Shown here piece after piece: positions 45,973 through 56,577 of a stretch of 64,000 bases of DNA (its first letter is position 1; each line of letters starts with the position of its first letter). This DNA comes from an uncultured Clostridia bacterium (GTDB lineage Bacteria; Bacillota; Clostridia; Oscillospirales; CAG-272): positions 216,182 through 280,181 of the forward strand of contig CAMJPL010000001.1 of NCBI GenBank assembly GCA_946407735.1, read 5' to 3'. The position numbers and the translations under genes were made by a program. The notes below the pieces were generated by a model that was given only the letters and a program-made list of their open reading frames with translations, was not told the DNA's origin and did no database searches.

Positions 45973-48900
45973 AGCCGATTTCGCTCACGATGACCGCCTT
46001 CGGACCGTACAGCGGCAGCGAGACGATTGATTTCACCAAATTCAACGGCAAGGGCATCTTTCTCATAACCGGGGACACCGGCTCCGGCAAATCCACCGTG
46101 TTCGACGCGATATCATACGCCCTTTACGGCGAGCCGAGCGGCGATCTCAGGACGGGGAGCTCGCTTCGGAGCGATTTCGCCGACCCGTCGGTAAAGACCT
46201 CGGTCGTATTCGAGTTCGAGTACAGAAAAAGCCGGTACAGAGTCGAGCGCCGCCCGATGTACATGCGGGAAAAGCAGAGGGGAGAAGGCCTCACGTCGGA
46301 GCCTTCGTACGCGCGGCTCGAGCTGCCGGACGGGACGTCGGAGAACAAGGACAGGGCGGTCACCGAACGGATCACCGCGATACTCGGCGTCGACCGCGAT
46401 CAGTTCAAGCAGATATCCATGATAGCTCAGGGCGAGTTCAGGCGGCTGCTCTCCGACAAGGTGTCGGAGAAGGGCGAGCTTTTCAGCCGTCTGTTCGGCA
46501 CCGGGCATATAGCCGGATTCACCGCCGCGCTGAAAGATATGGCAGATGTGTCGAAGCGCCGCCTCGCCGAGTGCGACGCGGCCGCCCGCGCGGCGATGTC
46601 GCGCGCCGAGTGCGGACAGGACGCCGAAAGGATGGCGATCCTTTCTTCGGGGGACATCGCCGACGAGTATCTGCGCGAGGCGTCCGAGATCATCGGCGCT
46701 CAGCTGTCGCGCGACAGGGCGCTGTCGGCCGAAGACGATGAGAAGCTGGACGCGCTCAGGAGCGAGCTCGTCGAGCTCGGCAGGAAGCTCGAGATCTGCG
46801 AGAGGGACAACGCCATCCTCGACGAGCTCGAGGCGGCGGAAAAGGAGAGCCGGAGGATATCGGACGGCGAGGAGAAGCTGTCCTGCGACAGATCGGCGCT
46901 GATAAGGGCCGAGACGGCGCGTGACGCCGTCCGTCCGGCGAGGGAGAGATATCTCACGGCGTCTTCGTCGCTTGCCGAAAGGCGCGCTCAGGCGGAAAAG
47001 ACGCAGGCCGAGCTCGAAGATCTCACGATGAAGGCCGAAAAGATATCCGGCCTGCTCGACGGCGCGAGGGAAAAGGCCGCCGCCGCGTCGGAGCTTAAGA
47101 CCGTCATATCCGGGATAGAGGGCACGATGGCGCTGTACGGCGAGCTCGCCAAGCTCGAAGCCGAGAAAAAGAAGCTCACGTCCCGCCTTGAAAGTCTTAA
47201 AAAGTCGGCCGACGATACCGCGAAGAAGCTTGCGGCGGCGCAGGAAAGGAAAAAGAACTGCGAGTGCCGCCTCGCCGGGCTCGAGGACTCGGCCGCAGCG
47301 GCGGCGAGGGCGGAAAGCGCCGTCAGATCGGCGGACGAGAGATCGAAGGCGCTTTCGGCGCTCGCAGGCGACGGGCAAAAATGGCTCGGGCACGCCGATC
47401 TCATCAAGGGCCTTGCTTCGTCGTTTGAAAGACGTCAGGCCGAGTATCTCGAGGCGAGCGAAAGGCACGACCGGCTGTCGCTCATATATCTGAGGGGACA
47501 GGCCGGACTGCTGTCGGCGTCGCTTCGCGACGGCGAGCCGTGTCCCGTCTGCGGATCGAAGGAGCATCCGGCTCCCGCCGCCGTCTCTCACGACATGCCG
47601 GACGAGAAAAGCATCAAAGACGCGAAGTCCGGCCGCGACATGGCCGAGATCCGTATGAAGGAGGCGTCGTCGACCCTCTCGTCCGAGAGAGGAGCGGACG
47701 AGTCGATGAGATCGTCTCTCATCTCGTCTGCCGGACGGCTCATCGGCGGCGTCGCCGATGATATCGGAGCGGATGAGCTGATATCGCTCATAAATACGGC
47801 GTCGGACAGGGCGAAATCCGCTCTCGCCGAGGCAGAGGCGGAGGCGGAGAGGGCGGCGAAGCTGGTCCGGGAGCGCGAGAGAGAAAAAAACGACCTTTCA
47901 ATGCTCACGGCGCAGGTATCGGCGCTCGACGCCGACGCACGGGAGACGGCGGCTGGCATCGCCGAGGCGGAAGCCGGGCTGTCCGGCATCACGGCGTCGA
48001 TATCGGGGAAGAGGGAATCGCTCATAGCTCCCGACCGCGCGTCGGCCGAGAGGATGAAGGCCGACGCCGAAAGAAGGATAAAGGACGCCGAGGACGCCCT
48101 TCTTACGATCGAGCAGTCCTACGCCGCGGCGAAGGAGGGCGCCGACCGCGCCGCCGGAGCGCTGAAGGCTGCAAGGGACGGCATCGGGGCGCTGGAAGCG
48201 GAGACCGAAAAGGCGAGGGCGGAATACCTGTCCGCCGCGGAGTCGGCCGGATTTGCCGGGGAGGACGATTATCTGTCCGCCGTGATGAGCGACGCGGCGA
48301 TAAAGGCTCTTTCCGAGTCGGTCGCGTCGCGCGAGCTCGAGGCGAAGCTGTCGGGCGAGCGGCTGTCAAGGGCGAGGCGTCAGGCCGAAGGGCTCTGCCG
48401 CCCGGATATCGCCGCCGTGAAGGCCGGGATAGAAGAGCGGCGGGAGACGTCGGCGCGCGTCTCGGCCATGGCGGACGCCGTCAGGCTCCGCATCGGCGTG
48501 AACGAGTCGGCGAAGGGCACGCTCGACTCGCTCATAAAGGAACGCGCGGCGCTGTCCGACGATGCGGCTTTGAAGGACCGGCTGTGGCGCACCGCCGACG
48601 GCAAGCTCTCAGGCGCGGCGAAGCTGAAATTCGAGCAGTACGTTCAGGGAAGATATCTCGACATGATAGTGCGCGCGGCGAACCGGCGCTTCATGTCGAT
48701 GACGTCGGGACAGCTCTCGCTTCTGCGGCGGGCGGTATCGGAAAGCGCCGGGAACCGCTCGGCCGGGCTCGGCCTCGACGTTTACGACGCATATACCGGG
48801 CGGGTGCGCTCGTCCGACACGCTTTCCGGCGGCGAGTCGTTCATGGCGTCGCTGTCGCTGGCGCTCGGGCTGTCGGATGTCGTGTCGAGGCAGAGCGGCG

Positions 48901-49112
48901 GCGTCAGGCTCGAGTCGATGTTCATCGACGAGGGCTTCGGCTCGCTCGACCGCGAGCATCTGGCGCTGGCGGTGAAGACGCTGTCGTCAATAGCCGGAGG
49001 CGACACGATGGTGGGGGTGATATCCCACGTCGAGGAACTGAGATACGGAATCGAGCCGAAGATCATCGTCACAAAGGACAAAACCGGCTCGCATATAAGG
49101 ACCGAGGTCTGA
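45969..49112 (+). CDS. sbcC: Exonuclease SbcC (Rad50-type ATPase)
   Basis: ATGA overlap with sbcD. N-terminal ITGDTGSGKSTVFDAISYALYG. Long coiled coil with zinc hook CPVCGS. C-terminal LSGGESFMASLSLAL and FIDEGFGSLD. Confidence 0.9.
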   Translation: MKPISLTMTAFGPYSGSETIDFTKFNGKGIFLITGDTGSGKSTVFDAISYALYGEPSGDLRTGSSLRSDFADPSVKTSVVFEFEYRKSRYRVERRPMYMREKQRGEGLTSEPSYARLELPDGTSENKDRAVTERITAILGVDRDQFKQISMIAQGEFRRLLSDKVSEKGELFSRLFGTGHIAGFTAALKDMADVSKRRLAECDAAARAAMSRAECGQDAERMAILSSGDIADEYLREASEIIGAQLSRDRALSAEDDEKLDALRSELVELGRKLEICERDNAILDELEAAEKESRRISDGEEKLSCDRSALIRAETARDAVRPARERYLTASSSLAERRAQAEKTQAELEDLTMKAEKISGLLDGAREKAAAASELKTVISGIEGTMALYGELAKLEAEKKKLTSRLESLKKSADDTAKKLAAAQERKKNCECRLAGLEDSAAAAARAESAVRSADERSKALSALAGDGQKWLGHADLIKGLASSFERRQAEYLEASERHDRLSLIYLRGQAGLLSASLRDGEPCPVCGSKEHPAPAAVSHDMPDEKSIKDAKSGRDMAEIRMKEASSTLSSERGADESMRSSLISSAGRLIGGVADDIGADELISLINTASDRAKSALAEAEAEAERAAKLVREREREKNDLSMLTAQVSALDADARETAAGIAEAEAGLSGITASISGKRESLIAPDRASAERMKADAERRIKDAEDALLTIEQSYAAAKEGADRAAGALKAARDGIGALEAETEKARAEYLSAAESAGFAGEDDYLSAVMSDAAIKALSESVASRELEAKLSGERLSRARRQAEGLCRPDIAAVKAGIEERRETSARVSAMADAVRLRIGVNESAKGTLDSLIKERAALSDDAALKDRLWRTADGKLSGAAKLKFEQYVQGRYLDMIVRAANRRFMSMTSGQLSLLRRAVSESAGNRSAGLGLDVYDAYTGRVRSSDTLSGGESFMASLSLALGLSDVVSRQSGGVRLESMFIDEGFGSLDREHLALAVKTLSSIAGGDTMVGVISHVEELRYGIEPKIIVTKDKTGSHIRTEV

Positions 49113-49151
49113 TAAAAAACAAAACTCATATACATACGAGGTGATACAGCT

Positions 49152-50816
49152 ATGGCTAAATACTCGCTTGGCATCGACTACGGGACGCTGTCGGGACGGG
49201 CGCTGCTCGTCGACGTGTCCGACGGCCGGGAGATCGCCTGCCGGGCATACGAATACCCTCACGGCGTCATCGACGACACCCTCGCCGGGAATAAGCTGCC
49301 GATGGACACGGCGCTGCAGGATCCGCGCGACTACATCGAGGTGCTGAAAAACACGGTGCCGCAGGTCATTTCCGACGGCGGCGTCGACCCCTCCGATATC
49401 ATCGGCGTCGGCATCGACTTCACCTCCTGCAGCCCGATGCCGGTGTATAAGGACGGGACGCCGCTCTGCTGCGTGCCGAAGTGGGAAAACGACCGCAACG
49501 CCTACGTCAAGCTCTGGAAGCATCACGCGGCTCAGGACAAGGCCGACCGCCTCAACGCCGTCGCCGCCGAAAGAGGCGAGAAGTGGCTTGACACCTACGG
49601 CGGCAAGGTCTCGAGCGAGTGGATGATCCCGAAGCTGTGGCAGACGCTTTCCGAGGCGCCGGAGCTTTACGACGACATGGATTACTTCATAGAGGCTGGC
49701 GACTGGCTCGTCTGGCGGCTGTGCGGGCATCTCACCCGCAACTCGACGTCGGCCGGGTACAAGACGCTGTGGAGCAAGAAGGACGGCTATCCGTCGCCCG
49801 AGTTCTTCGCCGCCCTCGACCCGCGCCTCGCCGACTGCGTGTCGACCAAGCTCGCCGGACCCGTCATGACGATGGGACAGCTCGCCGGGACGCTCACCTC
49901 CGAGATGGCGGAGCTTACCGGCCTCTGCGCCGGGACCCCCGTCGCCGTCTGCAACGTCGACGCCCACGTCACGATGCCGGCCTTCAACATCACGAAGGCG
50001 GGGCAGATGCAGGCCATCATCGGCACCTCGACCTGCCATATGCTGATCGACTCCGAGTATCATATGGTGAAGGGAATATGCGGCACCGTCGAGGACGGCA
50101 TGCTGCCCGGGATGTTCGGCTATGAGGCCGGTCAGGGCTGCGTCGGCGATCATTTCGCCTGGTTCGTGAATAACTGCCTGCCGAAGAGCTACGCCGACGA
50201 GGCGGAAAAGAGGGGGATATCTCCCCACGTACTGCTGACGGAGAAGGCGCAGGCTCTCAAGCCCGGCGAGAGCGGGCTGATAGCGCTCGACTGGTGGAAC
50301 GGCAACCGCTCGATCCTCGTCGACTCGCAGCTTTCCGGCGTCATCGCCGGAATGACCCTCCAGACAAAGCCGGAGGAGATATACCGGGCCTTAATCGAGG
50401 CGACGGCCTTCGGCACGAGGGAGATAATCGAGAATTACAGGAGATCCGGCGTCAGCGTCAGCAGCTTCACGGCGTCGGGAGGAATACCGAACAAGAACCC
50501 GATGCTCACCCAGATCTACGCCGACGTACTCCGTCTGCCGGTCAGGGTGGTGAAGTCGACGCAGGGACCGGCCCTCGGCTCGGCGATATTCGGCGCTGTC
50601 GCGGCCGGATCGGGGCGCGGCGGCTACGACGACATCTTCTCGGCCGGAGCCGCCATGGGCAGCACCGAGGGGAAGACCTATTACCCCGACGAGAAGGCGT
50701 CGAAGGTCTACGACATGCTGTACGCCGAGTATCACGCCCTGCACGACCGCTACGGCAGGGAGGACAGGCTGCTCAAGAATCTCAGACAGATCGCGCGTGA
50801 CGCGAAGGGAGTTTGA
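49152..50816 (+). CDS. araB: Ribulokinase
   Basis: MAKYSLGIDYGTLSGRALLVD N-terminus. 554 aa FGGY kinase. Followed by araA and araD. Confidence 0.9.
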   Translation: MAKYSLGIDYGTLSGRALLVDVSDGREIACRAYEYPHGVIDDTLAGNKLPMDTALQDPRDYIEVLKNTVPQVISDGGVDPSDIIGVGIDFTSCSPMPVYKDGTPLCCVPKWENDRNAYVKLWKHHAAQDKADRLNAVAAERGEKWLDTYGGKVSSEWMIPKLWQTLSEAPELYDDMDYFIEAGDWLVWRLCGHLTRNSTSAGYKTLWSKKDGYPSPEFFAALDPRLADCVSTKLAGPVMTMGQLAGTLTSEMAELTGLCAGTPVAVCNVDAHVTMPAFNITKAGQMQAIIGTSTCHMLIDSEYHMVKGICGTVEDGMLPGMFGYEAGQGCVGDHFAWFVNNCLPKSYADEAEKRGISPHVLLTEKAQALKPGESGLIALDWWNGNRSILVDSQLSGVIAGMTLQTKPEEIYRALIEATAFGTREIIENYRRSGVSVSSFTASGGIPNKNPMLTQIYADVLRLPVRVVKSTQGPALGSAIFGAVAAGSGRGGYDDIFSAGAAMGSTEGKTYYPDEKASKVYDMLYAEYHALHDRYGREDRLLKNLRQIARDAKGV

Positions 50817-50819
50817 TCT

Positions 50820-52289
50820 ATGAAATTCTGGTTCATAACAGGGGCTCAGGAACTCTACGGGGAAGAGACGCTGCGCATGGTGGCGTCGGACAGCAGGAAG
50901 ATGGTAAAAGGTCTCAATGACGGCGGACGCCTGCCGTATGAGATAAAATTCACGACGCCGGTGACGTCCGACAGGGCGATAACGAAGCTGATGCAGAGCG
51001 CGAACGCCGATCCCGACTGCGGCGGCGTCATCACGTGGATGCACACCTTCTCGCCGTCGAAGATGTGGATCGAGGGGCTCGGGATCCTCGAGAAGCCGTA
51101 TCTGCACCTTCACACCCAGTTCAACCGTGAGATCCCGTGGGACGGGATCGACATGGACTTCATGAATCTCAACCAGTCGGCTCACGGCGACCGCGAGCAC
51201 GGCTTCATCGCCGCACGCCTGCGCAAGCCGAGGATAATCGCCGCCGGCTACTGGCAGGACGAGGAAACTCAGAGAAAGATCGCCGACTTCATGGCGGCGG
51301 CGGCCGGAGCCGCCGAGAGCCGGAACGTGCGCTGCGCGAGGTTCGGCGACAACATGCGCGAGGTCGCCGTCACCGAGGGCGACAAGATCGAGGCGCAGAT
51401 CCGCATGGGCTGGCACGTCAACTCGTGGGGCATCGGCGATCTCGCCGACATGATGAAGGAGATCCCCGATTCCGACGTCGGCACGGCTCTCGACGACGCC
51501 TCGAGGCGGTACGAGATGGCGACCGACGACATCGCCGAGGTGAGAAATCAGCTCCGCGTCAAGCTGGCGCTGGAGAGGTTCATGAAGGAGAACGGCGTAA
51601 CGGCGTTCGTCACCGCCTTCCAGGATCTGCACGGCATGAAGTCGCTTCCCGGCATGGCGTCCCAGATGCTGATGGAGGATGGCTACGGCTTCGGCGCCGA
51701 GGGCGACTGGAAGACCGCCTGCCTTCTCAGGGTCATGAAGGTAATGGCGAAGGCGAAGGGCACGAAGGGCGGCACATCCTTCATGGAGGACTACACCTAC
51801 GACCTGACGAAGGGCAGCGAGGCCGTCCTCGGCGCCCATATGCTCGAGGTCTGCCCGTCGATCGCCGGGACGAAGCCGAAGATCGAGGTGCATCCTCTCT
51901 CCATCGGCGGAAAGGAGCCGCCGGCCCGTCTCGTATTCGAGTCGGGCGAGAGCGACGCGATAAACGTCACGGTGATCGACATCGGCGGGCGTCTGCGCAT
52001 GATAGTGCAGGAGATCCATACCATCGCGCCGCTGCATCACATGCCGAAGCTGCCTGTCGCGGCGACTATGTGGCAGACGAAGCCCGATTTCGCGTCGGCC
52101 GCCGAGATGTGGATCAGATGCGGCGGCGCGCATCACTTCGTGCTGAGCCAGCAGCTGACCTACGCCGACATGAAGCGCTTCGCCGACATAATGGGCATCG
52201 AGTGCGTCCGCATCGGCGACGGCGTCTGCATGGAGAGCCTCGGGCAGACGCTCATGATAAACGACATCGCGTACAGGCTGGGGATATAA
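50820..52289 (+). CDS. araA: L-arabinose isomerase
   Basis: MKFWFITGAQELYGEETL N-terminus. 489 aa. Synteny with araB and araD. Confidence 0.9.
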   Translation: MKFWFITGAQELYGEETLRMVASDSRKMVKGLNDGGRLPYEIKFTTPVTSDRAITKLMQSANADPDCGGVITWMHTFSPSKMWIEGLGILEKPYLHLHTQFNREIPWDGIDMDFMNLNQSAHGDREHGFIAARLRKPRIIAAGYWQDEETQRKIADFMAAAAGAAESRNVRCARFGDNMREVAVTEGDKIEAQIRMGWHVNSWGIGDLADMMKEIPDSDVGTALDDASRRYEMATDDIAEVRNQLRVKLALERFMKENGVTAFVTAFQDLHGMKSLPGMASQMLMEDGYGFGAEGDWKTACLLRVMKVMAKAKGTKGGTSFMEDYTYDLTKGSEAVLGAHMLEVCPSIAGTKPKIEVHPLSIGGKEPPARLVFESGESDAINVTVIDIGGRLRMIVQEIHTIAPLHHMPKLPVAATMWQTKPDFASAAEMWIRCGGAHHFVLSQQLTYADMKRFADIMGIECVRIGDGVCMESLGQTLMINDIAYRLGI

Positions 52290-52994
52290 ATGACGTATGA
52301 ATCGCTGAGGCGGGAGACATATCTCGCCAACATGGAGCTCAAAGCCGCGGGGCTGATCGTCCTGACGTGGGGCAACGCCTCGCAGGCGGACAGGGAGGCG
52401 GGCGTCTTCGCTATAAAGCCGTCCGGCGTCTCATACGAAGCGCTGAGGCCGGAGGACATCGTCGTCTGCTCGCTCGAGAGCGGGGAGAAGATCGACGGCG
52501 ATATGCGGCCGTCGTCCGACACGCCGACGCATTTCGAGCTTTACCGTAGCTTTAAGGGCATAGGCGGCGTCGTCCACACTCATTCGCGGCACGCCGTCGC
52601 CTGGGCTCAGGCGAAAAGGGACATCCCCTGCTACGGCACGACGCACGCCGACGTCTTCTGCGGCTCCGTCCCGTGCGCGAGGGAGCTGACTGACGATGAG
52701 ATCGGCGGCGAGTATGAGCTTTGTACCGGGAAGGTGATAGCCGAAACGTACAGAGAGAGGGGCATCGACCCTCTCGCCGTGCCGGGGGTGCTCGTCGCCT
52801 GCCACGGGCCGTTCACATGGGGAAATAGCGCGATGAAGGCCGTCGAGAACGCGATAACACTCGAGGAGGCGGCGCTGATGGCGTTCGAGACCGAGCTTTT
52901 GTCCGGCGGCCCCGCCGAGCCGGTGAAGAAGGCGCTGCTCGATAAGCATTATCTGCGAAAGCACGGGAAAAACGCATATTACGGTCAGAAATGA
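52290..52994 (+). CDS. araD: L-ribulose-5-phosphate 4-epimerase
   Basis: Class II aldolase fold. TWGNASQADRE, PSSDTPTH and VVHTHS motifs. 234 aa. Confidence 0.9.
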   Translation: MTYESLRRETYLANMELKAAGLIVLTWGNASQADREAGVFAIKPSGVSYEALRPEDIVVCSLESGEKIDGDMRPSSDTPTHFELYRSFKGIGGVVHTHSRHAVAWAQAKRDIPCYGTTHADVFCGSVPCARELTDDEIGGEYELCTGKVIAETYRERGIDPLAVPGVLVACHGPFTWGNSAMKAVENAITLEEAALMAFETELLSGGPAEPVKKALLDKHYLRKHGKNAYYGQK

Positions 52995-52999
52995 CGAAT

Positions 53000-53025
53000 G
53001 AGGACGCAAAAGCGCCCTCTTTTTT
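53000..53025 (+). terminator. Rho-independent terminator after araD
   Basis: GAGGACGC / GCGCCCTC stem (one mismatch) followed by TTTTTT. Confidence 0.7.
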
Positions 53026-53139
53026 GTTCTTTTGGATATCCCGCCGTTCCAATTTTAACATTATCCCTCTTTAATAGAATAAACTCTTGTGATATAATAT
53101 TTCCGATTATCAGTTTCACCGATGAAGGGAGAAAACGGA

Positions 53140-54042
53140 ATGTACAGAGACGATCGGGGAAGGGTCTGGTATAAGGGGAATCTTCACACTCACTCAAAGC
53201 GCAGCGACGGACGTCTCGAACCGGATCAGATATTCCGCATGTACGCGGAGCACGGCTACGACTTCATCGCCCTTACCGACCACTGGAAGCAGTCTTCCGA
53301 CGGCGAGTCCGACCGCCTGCTCACCATCCCCGGCATCGAGCTCGACCACTCGCCGAACGTGAGGGACGGGATATATCACATCGTCGGCGTCTGCATGACC
53401 GGCGAGATCGACGTCTCGAGGCGCGGTCAGATGTCGGCGCAGGAGATGATCGACGAGATAAACGACAAGGGCGGCTGCGCCGCTCTCGCCCATCCGGCGT
53501 GGTCGCTGAACACTCCCGAGCAGATCATGGCCTGCCGCGGCATCTACGCCTTCGAGGTGTTCAACAGCGTCTCCGACAAGCCGCACAACGTAAGGCCGGA
53601 TTCGGCGCTCCTCAGCGACATGGTATCGGCGCGCGGCCGCTTCATCAATCTGACCGCCGTCGACGACGCGCATTTCTACGACGGCGACGCCTGCCGCAGC
53701 TTCATCTATCTTCACACCGACGTCCTCGACACGGCGCACATCGCGGCGGCGCTCCGCAGCGGCGATTTCTACGCTTCTCAGGGGCCGCAGATAAGCTGGG
53801 AATGGGACCCGGAGACGCTGACCTGCGTCGTCAAGACCTCCCCCGCCGCCGACATCACCTTCTTCTCCGACGCCGCCTTCGTCGGGCACCGCGTGTTCAG
53901 CGAGGCGAGGGGCGACGGCGAGCTGCAGACCGGGGCGACATACGTCTGCCAGAAGAACGAGACCTTCCTGAGGTTCGAGGTGACCGACTTCATGGGAAGG
54001 AAGGCCTGGTCGCACCCGATAAAGGTTAGAGAGATCAATTAG
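53140..54042 (+). CDS. PHP-domain metallophosphoesterase
   Basis: I chose the ATG at 53140 (RBS AAGGGAG). YKGNLHTHSKRSDGRLEP and DFIALTDH are PHP motifs. An extended -10, TGATATAAT, lies at 53090-53098. Confidence 0.75.
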   Translation: MYRDDRGRVWYKGNLHTHSKRSDGRLEPDQIFRMYAEHGYDFIALTDHWKQSSDGESDRLLTIPGIELDHSPNVRDGIYHIVGVCMTGEIDVSRRGQMSAQEMIDEINDKGGCAALAHPAWSLNTPEQIMACRGIYAFEVFNSVSDKPHNVRPDSALLSDMVSARGRFINLTAVDDAHFYDGDACRSFIYLHTDVLDTAHIAAALRSGDFYASQGPQISWEWDPETLTCVVKTSPAADITFFSDAAFVGHRVFSEARGDGELQTGATYVCQKNETFLRFEVTDFMGRKAWSHPIKVREIN

Positions 54043-54101
54043 CAATTAGTAATTAGCAATTAGCAATGAAGGTAGAATAAGTCGGCTTCGCCGACTTATT
54101 C
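54036..54101. repeat. Intergenic mosaic repeat (CAATTAG heptamers, GCAATGAAGG box, GAATAAGTC hairpin)
   Basis: CAATTAG CAATTAG TAATTAG CAATTAG CAATGAA (54036-54070), then the hairpin GAATAAGTCGGC-TTC-GCCGACTTATTC (54075-54101). Confidence 0.9.
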
Positions 54102-54134
54102 AAAGATACCAGCAGATACAAGATATATTCAATC

Positions 54135-55529
54135 ATGTCCACTAACATCACTTACACGCCGGACGCGCTGAGCGCTTCGGAAAGACGGATAGCGATGGGG
54201 CAGAGGCCGCTTGTCGTATGGCTTTGCGGGCTGTCCGGGTCTGGAAAGACCACGGCGGCGAAGGATGCCGAGCGGAGGCTGTATTCCCTCGGGTACAAGA
54301 CATATCTTCTCGACGGCGACAACGTCCGCCACGGGCTGTGCTCCGATCTCGAGTTTACCGACGCCGACAGGCGGGAAAACATACGGCGGCTTGCCGAGTG
54401 CGCCTCGCTGATGGCGGGGGCGGGGCTGATCGTCTTCGTCTCGGCGATAACGCCGACGCGTGAGCTGCAGGCTCTGGCGCGGGAGATCGTGTCAAAGCAC
54501 GCCGGCTTTTCGCTCTGCTATGTCGATACGCCGATAGACGTCTGCCGCTCGCGCGACCCGAAGGGGCTGTACAGAAAGGCCGACGCCGGTCTCATAAAGG
54601 ATTTCACCGGCGTCTCGGCGCCGTTCGAAGCGCCGGAGAGCGCCGAGCTGACGCTCGACACGTCAAAGGACGACATAGTCGGCTGCGCCGATGTCATCGT
54701 CCGCCATGTGCTGTCGTCGCAGATAGACTTGACCGCCGCCGCCGAAAAGATGCGCGCCGCTGCCCTCGAGGCGGGGAAGGCGATCATGGAGGTCTACTCC
54801 CGCGACGATTTCGACGTGAGGCTCAAAAGCGACGACTCGCCCGTCACGGCGGCAGATCTGGCGGCGAACCGCATCATCTGCGAGGCGGTGAAGGACATCT
54901 ATGACGCCGCGGTGCTGACCGAGGAGTCGGAGGACGATCCGACCCGGCTGCTTCGGCGCTGGTGCTTTGTCATCGACCCGCTCGACGGGACGAAGGAGTT
55001 CGTCTCCCGCAACGGCGAGTTCACGGTGAACATCGCCCTCGTCTTCGATGGTCATCCGGTGATCGGCGTGGTCTACGTCCCCGTCACCGGCGAGATGTAC
55101 ACCGGCATAAAATGGCTCGGCGAAAAGACCGCCGAAAAGCGGATCATGCCGTATGACGGCGGTGAGCCGTCCGCGCCGGAGAAGATACACGTCTCGGACC
55201 GTGACGATCATCTTATCGTGATGGGGAGCCGCTCGTTCTCGTCGAAGGAGCTCGACGAGTTGCTCGAGCGCAACAAGGACAGGATCGCCTCCTTCACGGT
55301 CTCCGGCTCGTCGCTCAAGGGCTGCCGGATAGCCGAGGGCAAGGCTGACATCTACTACCGCTTCGGTCTCACGCACGAGTGGGACACCGCCGCCATGCAG
55401 GCGGTCGTCGAGGCGGCGGGCGGAATCCTGCGTCAGATACCGGGGCAGGAGATGACCTGCAACCGCCCGGACACGCTGAACCGCAGCGGTTTTTACATAC
55501 TGAACAAGGAGTCGAGCGCTCTTAAATAA
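54135..55529 (+). CDS. cysC: Bifunctional adenylylsulfate kinase / 3'(2'),5'-bisphosphate nucleotidase (CysC-CysQ fusion)
   Basis: N-terminal half: [34 protein letters not shown]-terminal half: [29 protein letters not shown] (inositol-monophosphatase/CysQ motifs). Confidence 0.85.
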   Translation: MSTNITYTPDALSASERRIAMGQRPLVVWLCGLSGSGKTTAAKDAERRLYSLGYKTYLLDGDNVRHGLCSDLEFTDADRRENIRRLAECASLMAGAGLIVFVSAITPTRELQALAREIVSKHAGFSLCYVDTPIDVCRSRDPKGLYRKADAGLIKDFTGVSAPFEAPESAELTLDTSKDDIVGCADVIVRHVLSSQIDLTAAAEKMRAAALEAGKAIMEVYSRDDFDVRLKSDDSPVTAADLAANRIICEAVKDIYDAAVLTEESEDDPTRLLRRWCFVIDPLDGTKEFVSRNGEFTVNIALVFDGHPVIGVVYVPVTGEMYTGIKWLGEKTAEKRIMPYDGGEPSAPEKIHVSDRDDHLIVMGSRSFSSKELDELLERNKDRIASFTVSGSSLKGCRIAEGKADIYYRFGLTHEWDTAAMQAVVEAAGGILRQIPGQEMTCNRPDTLNRSGFYILNKESSALK

Positions 55530-55533
55530 AATC

Positions 55534-56436
55534 ATGAACACTTCCAAGACATATCAGGCGCATCTGGACGAGATCGAGAGCAAGAGCGTCTACATCCTGC
55601 GCGAGGCCTACGCGAATTTCAAGCAGCTGTGCATGCTGTGGTCGATAGGCAAGGACAGCACCGTCATGCTCTGGCTGGCGCGGAAGGCCTTCTACGGCCA
55701 TGTCCCGTTCCCGCTTGTGCACATCGATACCCATTACAAGATCCCGGAGATGATCGAGTACCGCGACCGTCTGGCGAAGGAATGGCGCATCGACATGATC
55801 TACGGCGAGAACAAGGCGGCTCTTGACGCGAAGCAGACTTTCCCGGACGGGAAGGTGAGCCACCTCGACTGCTGCCGTCTGCTCAAGACCGAGGCCCTTA
55901 CCCACACCCTCGCCGGAGACTGGCCGAGATACCGCCTCGATCACGACAGCGGGAAATACGTCCTCGACAAAAACACCGAGCCGTACACCGGCGTCATCGC
56001 CGGAGTGCGCGCCGACGAGGAGGGCAGCCGCTCGAAGGAGCGCTACTTCTCGCCTCGCAACACCTACAACAACTGGGACGTGGGCGATCAGCCGCCGGAG
56101 TTCTGGGGGCAGTACAAGACCGATTTCGCCCCCGGCACCCATGTGCGCATCCATCCCCTGCTCGACTGGACCGAGCTCGACGTCTGGGAGTACATCCGGC
56201 GCGAAGGCATCCCCGTCGTGTCGCTCTACTTCGATCAGGGCGACGGGCACCGCTACCGCTCGCTCGGCTGCGCCCCCTGCACCAAGCCCGTCGAGAGCAC
56301 GGCGAAGACTGTTGACGAGATCTGCGAAGAGCTTCGCACCGGCAAGTTCTCGAACATCGCTGAGCGCTCCGGCCGCGAGCAGGACAAGGAAGACGGCGGC
56401 GGCCTCGAGGAGCTTCGGAAGAACGGGTATATGTGA
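55534..56436 (+). CDS. cysD: Sulfate adenylyltransferase subunit 2
   Basis: [29 protein letters not shown] (PP-loop), 300 aa. Confidence 0.9.
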   Translation: MNTSKTYQAHLDEIESKSVYILREAYANFKQLCMLWSIGKDSTVMLWLARKAFYGHVPFPLVHIDTHYKIPEMIEYRDRLAKEWRIDMIYGENKAALDAKQTFPDGKVSHLDCCRLLKTEALTHTLAGDWPRYRLDHDSGKYVLDKNTEPYTGVIAGVRADEEGSRSKERYFSPRNTYNNWDVGDQPPEFWGQYKTDFAPGTHVRIHPLLDWTELDVWEYIRREGIPVVSLYFDQGDGHRYRSLGCAPCTKPVESTAKTVDEICEELRTGKFSNIAERSGREQDKEDGGGLEELRKNGYM

Positions 56437-56565
56437 GAGAGAACGCTTTTTTCTCGGGGTAGGGAAAGCCCTTCTCCTTTGCGGCACAGCCGCAAGGGTA
56501 CGGGAAAAGCGGTTTCACTCCACCACCCCCACCCTTCCGCAAAAGCTTTCGTACAGGGATAAATC
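56437..56565. repeat. Intergenic mosaic repeat (variant hairpin plus CAAAAGCTTTCGTA tail)
   Basis: Hairpin CCTTTGCGGC-ACA-GCCGCAAGGG (56476-56498). The tail CCCCCACCCTTCCGCAAAAGCTTTCGTACAGGG is homologous to 63931-63965. Confidence 0.8.
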
Positions 56566-56577
56566 TTTTAAAAACGA

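Noticed and set aside
44818-49112. SbcD/SbcC as a candidate novel SMC-type anti-phage system.
   Set aside because: This is the canonical two-gene sbcDC, with Mre11 phosphoesterase motifs, a Rad50 zinc hook and ATGA coupling. No accessory genes suggest a Lamassu- or Wadjet-like system.
49152-52994. araBAD as part of an unusual system.
   Set aside because: It is the standard ribulokinase/isomerase/epimerase trio, with tight spacing and its own terminator, and is unremarkable.
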